A DNA stretch of 56,394 nt, filler included, from Basidioascus undulatus (lineage: Eukaryota), in assembly GCA_000826855.1 (NCBI GenBank). It is 3 parts of 3 records of this genome, joined end to end, with 100 filler letters (N's around TTAATTAATTAA, not from the genome) between each part and the next. Parts side by side here need not be neighbours in the genome. Positions count along the whole stretch, not along the records: positions 18,860 to 37,594 come from JTLS01000451.1; positions 37,695 to 56,394 come from JTLS01000452.1; 1 more part is not named here. One strand, written 5' to 3'. Position numbers and translations under genes: made by a program. This document shows positions 35,776 to 45,822 of the stretch, piece by piece; the stretch's first letter is position 1, and the number at the start of each line of letters is the position of its first letter. A model generated the notes under the pieces. That model worked only from the letters and a program-made list of their open reading frames with translations, ran no database searches and was not told the origin of the DNA.

Positions 35776-37157
35776 AACTGGACAACGGCTATCGATGCTG
35801 CAGTTCCGCTCGGTCAACCGCGCTGGTGGGGCGGCTCGGACGGGACTACGGTCGACCCCAACACAGTCGCGCTGCAGACCGATCGCCTGGTCGCGTCTGG
35901 GATCGCCGAGCAGGGCAACATTAAGGAGTTCTCTCAGCACATGTACCAATACTCCAGTAAGTTCTAGTCTTTGCCTGACGGTCTTATGCACTCAGCTTAG
36001 TGGCTCGGATGTCCAGGTTGCAGGCCCGAGCCGAATGCTCGAGCGATCTTGCCCAACATCATGAACCACACCAATATTACATGCGAGTCTTCCTGAAGGG
36101 GGTTTATTCCATTACTAACACCAACCCTTACCACCCACAGCTTTCGTAGACATACTGAATCCCAAGGTCGCCGCTGCACATTCCGTCGGAGCCGGCTTCG
36201 TCGTCGGCGAGTTCAACAGCGTCAGTTGCTCAGGGAAAGCAAATGTGACGGACGTCTTCGCACAGTACGCCTACGCTCAGAAATATCCCCGATTCGAGGG
36301 TTTGAGAAACAGCTTATGAGTTTTTCTTCTCTGCAGGGCCCTCTGGGTTATAGACACTACGCTGCACGCAGCGTCCATAAATATCTCTCGGGTCTATCTT
36401 CACCATGTGCGTCGAGATTCCCAGTAGTATCTCACTGTCTCATGAAGACATCCGTTGCAGGGTGCTACACTGGTGTTCCAAAGCCACACTCAGCTGAATG
36501 CGAGTTTCTCCACACGAAATCCGGTGTTCCTGTGCTTACCGTGAAGCCCGCCCTATCCAGGTTGCCGACCAAGACGGCGCCCCCGGGTTTTCAGCCTACA
36601 ACCTCTGGTACCCCATAAACTCTACCATGCGCGGCGAAGCGAGGGCGAACCCGAGCTAGTGCGTCTGATACTTCCCATCCGCCCCTTCTCACATCCTGAT
36701 CCCCGCACTACCGCACCTCAGCGTCTCCCAGCTATTCCTAGCCGAAGCCATCGGCTCCTCCCAGAAATCCCGCATCACGCCCCTCGACCCTCCCAACACG
36801 CTCGCCAACCCCGACACCTTCGCCGCCTACGCGATCTACGATGACTTTTCCGCACACGCCGAGCTTCCCGCGCGGCTGGCGCTCCTCAACCTGGCCCTCT
36901 ATAACACTACCACCGGATCTGACAGGCTCGAGGTGTCGCTGGATATCTCGGGGTTGGCGGGAAAAGAGGAGAAGAGGACGGCGAAGGTGAAGCGTTTGAC
37001 TGCGCCTGGGATGGACGAGGCGGACGCGGCGCGCGTTACGTGGGGCGGGCAATCGTGGAAGTATGGCGTGCCTGTGGGGGAGGAGGCGCTGGAGCCTGTA
37101 GAGGAAGGGATGGTGCACCTGAGAGGAGGCGAGGCGGTCTTGGTGCTGCTGGATTGA
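35776..37157 (+). pseudogene. Glycoside hydrolase family 79 (beta-glucuronidase-like), 3' half only
   Basis: Spliced: KEFSQHMYQYS|C...LPNIMNHTNIT|...FVVGEFNSVSCSGKANVTDVFA|QALWVIDTTLHAASINISRVYLHH|G...AYNLWYP, then Glyco_hydro_79C motifs FAAYAIY, RLALLN, VKRLTAPG, VTWGGQS, EAVLVLLD*. No upstream ELGNEP acid/base segment or start was found. Confidence 0.78.
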
Positions 37158-37594
37158 GTAGATGGAGTCGAGAGATGTGCAAGCCGAGGGGATGGAAAGG
37201 CTTGTCGCACAGGTCTAGTTTTCAATAGGTTGAATCACTGTACCATAATCCCTTTATCTTTACAAATGGTGATTCTGTGAAAAGGCTGACAGCCATGAAA
37301 AACATAGGTCTCTTCGGCTTGTCCTGTGCAGGCGTGCCCCCGCTACGCAGAGGCGTGCTTGGGCCAGAAACACACTGCCTTGGACTCAGATCCGAGTCGT
37401 CTCCATAGAGCCAACTTTCCACCCGCCCCCCCACCGCACACAGGCCAAGCCAAGAGCTTTTGCGGCCAAAAGAAGCGGTCGAACAAACATCGCCAAGCGC
37501 GAAACCTCTGCTCCGCACACGCATCAACCCACAGCAATCAATCCAACATACCGCAGCACTCCCTCCGGTCCACAGACCCCGCAGACCTCCCACC

Positions 37595-37694
37595 NNNNNN
37601 NNNNNNNNNNNNNNNNNNNNNNNNNNNNNNNNNNNNNNTTAATTAATTAANNNNNNNNNNNNNNNNNNNNNNNNNNNNNNNNNNNNNNNNNNNN
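37595..37694. other. Assembly gap with artificial TTAATTAATTAA linker
   Basis: 100-bp N run with a central linker. Confidence 0.97.
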
Positions 37695-38625
37695 GCAACA
37701 CATTCACTCATGTATACAGGGACACTTGGATGAAGCTGTAAGCATGGAGTCTCCCGCATCTACAGTCAAGGCTGCCAGGTACTCACGCGGCGCTTAGCGC
37801 TCCGACTCCAAGTCCAGACACCAAGCGTCCGACGGCCAATTGTTGCCACGCCCGCTGAGGGAAAGCACCAGAAGTCAGTAATGGAGAGCTTTCCTGAGGT
37901 CTCAAATAAAGTATAGCGTACATTGGTTGTGATCTGAATCAAGACGCCGACCGAGAAGACACCGCACTCGATCGTCATGGCGAACCGCCGCCCGAGCTTG
38001 TCAGCGAACCAGGACCCCAATACGGCGCCGACCTGTGGAAGTGCGAGGGGGATCGACCGTGTAAGGCAAGACGTTGGATCACTGTGATTGTAAGCATGGA
38101 TACAAAAACGTACCAGAGTCCCGATGCTCAGTAATGCCACTATCAGACCCTCGCGAACTTTGGTATACGCAGGCTCCCATTCGCCTTGAGCATTTTGTTC
38201 CATGGTATCGGAGAAGCGGTCTTGAAAGTCGCTCATAAGGAGCATGTCTGCCGGGAATTGAAGGGGTCAGCTTGAGGCGGTGGGAACGTTCCCGTGGAAG
38301 CGCGACCGACCTGAGATTTGACCTGCATATTTTCCACGTCGCTAAGGCTTCAGCTATGCGCCTCGTGAGATGAGCGAATGGGATACTCCACGGACCAGTA
38401 TCGTAACCTTCAGACCAAGAGCATCAGCTACAGCAGTGTGGTGCTCACTCAGGAAATCGTACCGAAAAGGAAACCTCCCATGGACGAACTTCCTCATGCG
38501 TCAATAGTAAGTCCAGTCTTATCAGCATAACCCCGGCAAGCGCAACGGACTCGAGCGTACAGGAGAGCAAGGCATATCGTCGTCAACCCGATGGGTTGTC
38601 GCTGCACCATAAACGTCTTTGGCAT
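37695..38625 (-). CDS. Sugar porter (hexose transporter) 5' half, cut by the gap
   Basis: MPKTFMVQRQPIGLTTICLALL|SSMGGFLFG|YDTG|QISD|MLLMSDFQDRF...REGLIVALLSIGTL|VGAVLGSWFADKLGRR...[40 protein letters not shown], then the N gap. Confidence 0.9.
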
Positions 38626-40249
38626 GGCGGGCAGAGACAGCGAGCGAGAGCTACTGTAAGAGGTCTGGGGATTATTTGGTGGGGGATATATAGACACAGA
38701 AGGAACGACGCGTGAGCAGGAAAAGAGAAAGAGCTACGGCGGGATGTTCCTCTCGGTGGGCTTCTCTCAAGTCCAATGACGTTGAAACGTCCGGCGCCCG
38801 TGACTGCCAACGAATGGTGCTATTACAGGGCACCGATCACAAGCTTGATCAACATCTGATCCGGTGTATCGGGGTGCCTAATTTCCTCTCGTTAGGTTCG
38901 CAGGCACCAGCGAGCGTGGCAGTTCGCTGTGTGTGACCCGCTGTCTCTTATGGCCCGGCCCGGCCCTCCGCGCTGTCTCCGTGGGCCTCCACAAAATAGG
39001 CGAAGAAATTTCGGAGACGGATCTGGGGACGATGGAGCTGCGTAGGGAGCAAATGCGGAGCCCAGCGTATGTCCGCCCGATAAGCGATTGAAACATGACG
39101 CACTATCTATGTGCCTGCTTGGGCTGCGCAGCTGATCATGCGGCACGCGTTAGCATGATTCCCCAGTACATACTTCTGAATTGACGCCGCGTGAAGAGAA
39201 GAATTTGGCCGTAGGAAAGGGTCGCGAGAACCCTTCGAAAGTAGTAAGACAAGCACAAATGTCCGACATCGTAGGTAGGCGCACTGTACCATTGACCAAC
39301 CGACGCTCGATCCAGACCGCGCAACTGGGGGTTGCCCAGCTTTCAAAGCCCCCTGCTGAAGCATTCACTTACTCATGCACCCTAAGTATTTACTCAGATG
39401 GTTTCGGTGAAGTTCTTCCTCGAACGGGACTGTTGAAGAACGCTCGGCTTGAACTTCGCCTGCCACGCCAGCTAATGCTTGTCATGATCAGCCAATCGAT
39501 ATTCTGCTTCCGACCAGAACATAGCCTCGTCCCAAAAGATTCTTTAGTGCTTTACCGCCAGCAGGTTGTCAGAAGCCATCAGTCCTTACAAGCTCTGAGA
39601 GCCGCACCGCTATTGCTCGGCTTCAGAGAGCTGCAGAAGCAGACCACAGCTCAATAGTGACAGCTTCCCCCGCCGTATCATGTCTGATAGCACGGAAGCA
39701 TTACTGAGGGTACCCTCAGAAAGAAGGAAGAGGGTGTGCCGCCGGGGAGAGAGAATGCGAAGCAGCCAGGGCCCTGAAGATGAGTGCCGGCGAGTGTGCC
39801 TGAAACATGCACCGCTGCGCTTCCCCAACGTCTAGACAGACGGCTGGTTGAGGTGCGTCTCGTTATTCAGAGGAAAAATAGGGTGGTAAGGAGCATGTTT
39901 ATATCGTTGGGGATGTCCACCGCTGAGCAACAAAGCGGCTGCAAGATATCGCTCCCCAAAGAAGCTTTTCAGGCCCCAAGTTTTGACACCAGCCAAGCTG
40001 CGTTTTGATGGCCAGACAGATTGATGAAAGAGACTTTAGTATCATATTGAACAATTATCATTATTCTTAATTGAGAAGACGTATTCTTTCACCGCAGATT
40101 TATTAAGCGAAGTCCATAGTTGTGAAGCCGAGCATGTCCACGCCGACAATGAGACGGCTACGTTACTGCGAACACAGAAAGAAGGGCAAACGGCACATTG
40201 TGATCAAATGTCCACCTTCATGTGCTTTCAGATCAGAAGGGCATGCTTA

Positions 40250-41404
40250 AGACGGTAGCGGACCAACACCCGTCTTCGCAAGAACTCGACAGCGATCGGC
40301 GTGAGCGCCTCCACAACTTTGTCCGATTCGTCTCCTCTCAGATGGCTGTCCAACTCAATGCGTTGTAAGGACGGGATCTTTTCCAGTGAGAATTGAGTGG
40401 AGCGCATCCTGAAGCTCAGTGATTTCCCGTATGATGTCTATGGTGATTTGGAGTGTAGGAAGCGTGGGCGGAAGCGCATGCACGAATGCAACTACGCTCG
40501 CCTGAGGTGAGTAGATCGACGTCGAGACTAAAGATCTCAGCAGTGCGAGATGAGTGGTGGCGAGAGAGGTGGTCGTCAAAATGTATGGCTTGAAGGGAGC
40601 GTATGATCGGGCCGTGTCGAGCGAAGAAACGGTCCAGAGCATCCCCGCCCCCGTCCGCCTTCCAACCACCGCCGTAGAACGTAACTTCGTAGAGAGCAGG
40701 CAGACAAACACGTTAGAATTGCATCAGGACGCCTCTGGCAGGGGTGTTTTCATCGTAGTCGTGGAAAGTGAGAGTCTCAAGTTTGGGAAGTGCCAGAGAT
40801 ATCGTCGACAGGGGCGGCCAGGAGAGACGCCTGCTCCTCCCCACAGAGATCACACCTCAGCGTGCGAAGTTCCACAAATACCGAGCGCTACAAGGCACTC
40901 GTTCGTCAGTGTGTCGAAGGATACAGAGAGCTCCGTGAGAGTGGCAGCATTATGGATGGCCAGGGCGTGGAGGGTGGCGGGCCCCATGATGCCGAATGGG
41001 AGTTCCGCCGTTTGCACAGGCGAGAGTCTGTTCGGAACTGGGAACAAATCGAAAGGGCCGTGATCCTCATCCAGACCAGCGCTGAGCTCTGGAGTGTGTC
41101 GGAGAGGGCTGCGCCCGGCCAGTTCGAACGATTCGAGCAAGCGAGCGAGCCGATCGATCGACTTTTCCCTGTGAGGGCAATGCTCCGATACCGAATGGGT
41201 TCAGAGATAAGCTATGGATCCATATCCCTAACCGGGTATCGTCTTCGGGGTATAAACAAGGAAAACTTACATCCTACGACTTGCAGACCATCGCAAGCGG
41301 GGATCCCTTCCTCATTTGATCCACATGGTAAACTTGTGTCTCACCATGACGAGCTGGAATATGCGGTACCAGAGCTCCTCCAGGATATTTATCACGTTGT
41401 CCAT
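40250..41404 (-). pseudogene. F-box-like protein pseudogene
   Basis: MDNVINILEELWYRIFQLVM (degenerate LPEELW..IF) and LAMVCKS* (TAG 41274-41276 where W is expected); downstream LRR-like pieces (TLTELSVS, LPPTLPTLQI) broken across frames. 3' end approximate. Confidence 0.5.
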
Positions 41405-41746
41405 ATAATCTGAGATGACTGCGAGGAGGAAGAGGTGAAAATGTTGTGGCAAGATGGAGGAGGAAGGGAGAAGACGTGCGTGAGCGCCAGACTTGGCCAG
41501 ACGCCGCTAGCCGTGCGATGCGTCCAGACGGAAACAACCTCTCTTATTTCCCACCATCACGAGCTATTTTTTCTCAAACTCATTATCTTTATGAGCATTC
41601 CCAAGTGAGGTGGGCGATATTGAAGAGCGAGGTCATGAAGACCACAGAGAATGGTGTTCTGACTCAGCAATCCCCACGAGATGCTACTACCAACATCCGT
41701 CGTCGAGACGGCCAGGAAGGTGAGGCTCTCGGTCCGGACGACCATC

Positions 41747-42182
41747 ATGACACAGGCAAACGTAACGCTTCCATCGTCGCAGTGGATCTTGTGGACGCTG
41801 TAAGTGCTCGATTTAGCCAGGGACACGGGCGTGCCGACGCCGTGTCAGTCGCTGACCTGCTCTCATCTCCTCCAGCATCCCTGTCCTCGTTCTCACCATC
41901 CCAGCGAGCATCTTCATCCGCCGCCGCCTAGCCGCGCAGAAGCTTGCGCGCACGGGCATCGGGCGCGGCGCGCCCGGGTTCCAGACGAACGTGCGTAAAC
42001 TCGCGGTCACGCCCGAGATCGCGGCTCGCTTGCGGCGGGGCGAGACCGTCAGCCCGGAGGAGATCGAGGCGTGCCAGCGGCGGGCCGCGGAGTCCAAGGT
42101 GGAGCCAGTCGTGGATGCTGGGGAGGAGGCGAATGGGGACGCGAAGAAGAAGAAGAAGAGGAGGAAGGCTTGGAAGGCGTAG
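41747..42182 (+). CDS. Small single-pass membrane protein (~119 aa), uncharacterised
   Basis: Two exons (intron 41800-41875, GTAAGT...GCTGAC...CAG): MTQANVTLPSSQWILWTL|IPVLVLTIPASIFIRRRLAAQKLARTGIGRGAPGFQTNVRKLAVTPEIAARLRRGETVSPEEIEACQRRAAE...KKKKKRRKAWKA*. GC3-rich codon usage like the housekeeping genes. Confidence 0.78.
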
Positions 42183-42821
42183 GGTGTTGGTGGGCGCATG
42201 TTGTGGATTGGGTCGCGCCTCCGAACATTTCGTGGAGCTGAGCGCTTCTGTAACCGACACCGTGTGCAATTGGGTCAAAAGGGTCCCGGATCCTTCAACG
42301 CAGGACACGGGGAAAGTCCGTAGGTATGCTTGAGCTTGAAGTTGCCGGAACGACTCGTTCGCCGTGAACGACTAACTAGCGCAGACTCAACTCGCACCTC
42401 CCATTTCTGGATTTGTACTGCGTTTAAGTTACATGAGTTTCCATCAAATTACACGAAGGAAAGAAAGCGACACGAAGGCATGCGGGACGAAGTTACAGCA
42501 CGAAGCTCACTATGACATCGCCGAAAAAGCCCAGCGAGCCCTTGCTCCAGTTTGGTCATTCCACGAGAGACCAAGTTGACCCAATGGTCACTCGTGTTCT
42601 TGTTAGTATCCCTTACCAGGTACTTTCCGAAGGACTGCAGTTTGTCTGGGAACAAGCAGTTTGCCACAATACTGACCGTCTTGGCCTACCTCAATCCCTG
42701 CATCCGGGCCATTCCATACGCCGTTGGGTCAGCATATGCTTCCTACAGTCCACTGTGGATTGCCCAGCTCTGGGCTTAACCGGGGGTCTCCTTCCCATGG
42801 GCTTTCGCCCGAACATGTTGA

Positions 42822-45800
42822 TGCAGCGTCTTTTCGGTTGGCGTCTTGATTCAGATCACAACCGATGTACGCTATACTTTATTTGAGACCTCAGGAAAGC
42901 TCTCCATCACTGACTTCTGGTGCTTTCCCTCAGCGGGCGTGGCAACAATTGGCCGTCGGACGCTTGGTGTCTGGCCTTGGAGTCGGAGCGCTAAGCGCCG
43001 CGTGAGTACCTGGCAGCCTTGACTGTAGATGCGGGAGACTCCATGCTTACCGCTTCATCCAAGTGTCCCTGTATACATGAGTGAATGTGTTGCCCCGAAC
43101 TTCCGCGGAACGGTGAGCCGAAGACGCGTTCCTGACGTCTTTTTCGCCTCGCTGATCTCGCGCTGAATGTGAACAGGCGGTGGCATGTTACCAACTCATG
43201 ATTACTTTCGGCATGTAATTAAAAAATAGTCTTTTTATCTTTTTAGATGCTCGACTAACCACTTGCATAACCAGCTTGATGGCCTACTGCTGGTGCATCG
43301 GCACTCGTACGCTCGAGAGCGATGCCAGCTGGCGCATGTACGTGCTCGCTTTTTCACGGAAGTCCGTCACGCTGTCGCTAAATAAACGTATAGTATTGTT
43401 GGCCTTGGATTCGTCTTTGCTTTCATCCTTGGCGCAGGCGTCTGGCTGCTTCCGGAATCGTGCGTTGGCTGTTCAACTAGCAACTTACCAACCTTGCTGA
43501 CCCGATCGCGGCAAGTAGGCCTCGTTGGCTGGTTAAACATGGACACCACGATAAGGGGAAGGAATCATTGTCCCGCATCCGCGGAGTGAACAACGATTAC
43601 GACCGTGCCGTGGTCGAGCACGACGTGCGTCTTCTCTTCGAGTCCTCGACTTCCCTTGCTGAAGATCGTGCTGTCTGCAGTTCCTCGAGATCATTAAGCA
43701 CGTCAAGGTGATCTATTTAACCTTACACCAGAATATTAGATGGTAACTAATTCAATTTCGCACTGTTCAGCTTGAGGAGCACGCCGGTACCGCGTCGTGG
43801 GTCGAGTGTTTCATCGGGACAAAAGGCGTCAGCAAGCTAGCATACCGCACCTTCCTGGGCATGTTCATCCAAAGGTGCGTACTCACCTCATTGAGTGTGT
43901 CGTCTTACATGCTGAGTCGAAGGTCGGGCTTTACAGTTTCCAGCAGCTGGTAAAGTCTTCGTTGCTTTCCAAGTGACGCGCATACTGACACGTTTTCGCA
44001 GACCGTAAGCCAGGATTTTCCGAACCGGCTTTGTCTGGACAGTTTGACAGTTCCTGGATGCTAATCAAAGATGCTGGTCACATTAGGGTGCCAATTAGTA
44101 AGTATAAGTCCATCTGCTACGTTAACCATTTCACTAAGCGCCCTCGTCGCGAACTTCCTCCAGCTTCTTCTACTATGGAGCAACTATTTTCAACTCTGTC
44201 GGAATCGAGGACTCATTTGTTACGCAGATTATCTTGGGAGCTGTCAACTTCGTAAGTGCCTTCAGGGTGGCGCCTCTTCCTCAAAGTCTCTTCCGCTCAT
44301 GTCCCACCCCGACCATCAGGTCTGCACGTTTGGTGGTAAGCAAGAATTTCCATTCATTTCACTATACTGCTAGTCTGAGTCTTCTCCGTTCTCGCAGGCC
44401 TATGTATGCAATCAGTTATTTCCCCAGCGTCAGCTGTTCTGAACACAGCAATCGATAGATGTCATGGAGAACTTCGGGCGTCGCAAGCCGCTCGTCATTT
44501 CCGGGTAAGCTGCAGGCACTTCAGTTTCAACACTTGCTGACACAGCTACCACAGCATCTGGCAGTTTATTTGGCTAGTGATATTTGCGTCAGCGGTAAGT
44601 TAGTCCCGACGACCCGCGGAGAGGAGGGAGGGAGATGAGAGTGCTCTTAAGCTGAGGATGCGCCCGGAAGATGCGAATACTCACTTCACTATTTTAATCT
44701 TCAGGGAACGGCGAGAGACCCGAGGCAGGAGGGAAATGAAGCCTTCGGCAAACTCATGATTGTCTCGTACGCGTCTTGCAACCTTGAAGTGTGCAGCGGC
44801 CGCAGCTAACGTCGGTGTCACCTTGAACTTCTAGGGCCTGTCTTTTCATCGCGGGATATGCGAGGTGGGTTCCAAATTATCTCCTTCCCCGATCATCACC
44901 TCGCTTGCTCACGAGGCGCCCAAATGCAGTACCTGGGGACCTGCAGGTAAGCCGTGGAAGAGTTTCCGCGCCAATGCGACAGACTCACAAGTCCATGATC
45001 CATAGCTTGGATTATTACGGGAGAGGTGTATTTCATTTTCATCGCCTGAACAAGATGTTCCTACTTACCATCGCCTTGAGTAGACTTTTCCCCTGCGCAC
45101 ACGGTCCAAGCAAGCTGCCCTGGCTACGGCGGCGAACTGGGTGGGTATTTTTGACCTAATTACAACGAGGCTCTCGCTTACATGCAACGGAATAGGCGTG
45201 GAACTTTCTTATAAGTTTCTTCAGGTGCGTTAGAGGAGGAGGGGATGGGACAAACAAGACCCTGCGACGCAGGTGACTGATGCTCCTGTCTTCCATTGCA
45301 GCCCGTTCATCGATGAGGACATCAACTTCGCATATGTGAGAGGTTCAACCAGATCCGAAGCCTAGCTTCCCACACTGACCTCACATTTTAGGGTTACGTC
45401 TTCGCGGGCTGCAACCTGGCGGCTGCGCTCTTCGCCTTCTTCTTCCTCTATGAGTCGGCGGACCTCACCCTCGAGCAGGTCGACGAAATGTACGGAGTAA
45501 AGTTCTCGACATTCTGGCTTCACAGACTAACGTCGTATTTCAGGTACTCGACGAAAGGCCTGAAGCCATGGAAGTCCGGCAAATGGACGCCGGAGGGCTG
45601 TACGTGTTCATGCACGGAGCTCCGCCCTGAACTCCTATGCTCAACTGAAATCATGGAACAGACAAGAAGCGCGGAGATGCCATGGAGCAAGGCAAAGAGG
45701 AGGGTGTCGGAGGGGCGAAGCACATCGAGCACGTCCCGGCGGCGTCGGAGTCGTCTCTCACGGCTTCTGCCGATGGACACTTCGGGAATGGTGCGAAGGC

Positions 45801-45822
45801 GGATATGAAGGAGACGGTTTAG
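42822..45822 (+). CDS. Sugar porter (hexose transporter) 3' part; no 5' end at this position
   Basis: Open spliced frame from [12 protein letters not shown] through [91 protein letters not shown] to ...MKETV* (TAG 45820-45822). More than 20 short introns. Confidence 0.88.
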
